From NCBI RefSeq assembly GCF_000143415.4, contig NW_003314291.1:593316-657315 (forward strand): a DNA stretch of 64,000 nt, read 5' to 3'. The DNA comes from Selaginella moellendorffii. Lineage: Eukaryota > Plantae > Lycopodiophyta. Below are positions 63,196 to 64,000 of the stretch, piece after piece (the stretch's first letter is position 1; every line of letters starts with the position of its first letter). A program made the translations under genes and the position numbers. The notes under the pieces were generated by a model. The model searched no databases. It had not been told where the DNA came from and was given only the letters and a program-made list of their open reading frames with translations.

Positions 63196-64000
63196 GCGTT
63201 GAGCTTCAAATCATTGGGCTTCCGGCCGTCCTCCACACCCATTGAGTTTAGCAACTCCCCGTCATGGTACCTCCTTAGCACATCTACCCATTTGTCAAAA
63301 ACAACTTTTGTCGCGAGTAGAATGTTATGGATGCTGAGTGTGTCATTGACCCCCAGTGTTTTCGAGAGAAGACTCGAGAATTCCTGCAATGGAAATGGCG
63401 TGAGGCCACATGCTATGCCACATGCAACGAGGCTTACCTGCCAGGCGCTAGTTGCTAGTGCACGTCCTTGTCCTGGTTTTTGTGGCTTCTTCAGTTGAAC
63501 CCAGAGCTTCCGTGTTCGTGCCAATGTCTCGTGCAGACCCGATTTGTAGCACGTTTCTTGCTTGACATTCTGCGCGTGGGAGATGTATATGATAGATCGG
63601 AGGGGCGAGTTGCCTTTTATCAGGCGGACAACTCTTGACTTGAAGACTTTCTTCACCTCCTCGCCCACCATAATATCCACAACTATCTGTTGCATCGCCA
63701 AGCTAGAATGCTGCCCGGAGACGGCATAGAACCGGATGTTCTGATCGTCCAACACCTTCCTATTGATCAAGTCTGGAAACCTCGTCTCGCCCTTCATTGT
63801 TCGGTAGTAGGGGATCACGTCTGCGATGTCGGGTGTTACTGGACTTGCCAGCATCTTCTGCTTCAGTTTCTCCACCCACTCATCAGATACTAGCCTGTGG
63901 TTGTATTTGCTTTGGATCTCGATACGGCTCACGTCGATTGTATATACTTTGTTGGAATAGTAACAAGTACTATTATCTGCGACGATTTTTGCTGCCTCTT

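Larger units (their letters stand above)
51691..63416. repeat. Dispersed 22-bp palindrome ATGGCRTG-N6-CAYGCCAT
   Basis: Full copies 51691-51712, 52768-52789, 52843-52864, 54054-54075, 54245-54266; near copies 54386-54407 and 63395-63416; half sites 51424, 51738, 51941. Confidence 0.9.
51747..64000 (-). pseudogene. Large multi-exon gene disrupted by the chromovirus: ParB-like N-terminal domain, degenerate beta-class DNA amino-methyltransferase fold, acidic and Pro-rich linker, FCP1-like HAD domain; start beyond window
   Basis: Removing 55664-63200 restores ...DLKLNA|LRFSRS in frame. Phase-1 GT-AG introns chain the downstream exons, with one apparent frameshift in exon 53231-52657. Domain calls are from motif spacing by eye. 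Confidence 0.6.

Overview
Eukaryotic plant nuclear DNA with very short (about 40-60 nt) GT-AG introns and tight gene packing; this style suggests a lycophyte such as Selaginella (inference). The left 22.5 kb is gene-dense: Sen1-like helicase MAA3, a PPR fragment, decayed MAA3 duplicates, two orphan ORFs, a GH51 alpha-L-arabinofuranosidase, a KLCR/CMU TPR protein, a MAK-type kinase, tRNA-Gly(GCC) and a SYP13 syntaxin. An AT-rich decayed tract and a G-type lectin receptor kinase pseudogene follow. From about 31.8 kb the window is a transposon nest: an old decayed element, a solo LTR, a TRIM, two non-coding LARD-like elements (one inserted in reverse inside the LTR of the other), and a very young Ty3/gypsy chromovirus with apparently identical LTRs. 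Three things stand out. (1) The chromovirus integrase is interrupted by two canonical spliceosomal introns, and a third candidate intron would switch Gag-Pol to Gag only. (2) The chromovirus landed in a multi-exon gene that appears to join a ParB-like domain, a degenerate beta-class DNA amino-methyltransferase fold and an FCP1-like HAD phosphatase; that locus carries a repeated 22-bp palindrome (ATGGCRTG-N6-CAYGCCAT), four copies of which lie at a near-fixed position in its introns. (3) The coding and non-coding LTR families share a covarying hairpin cassette (GGAG tetraloop, twin tRNA T-arm mimics) in their 3' UTR. All domain calls are by eye, without database searches.
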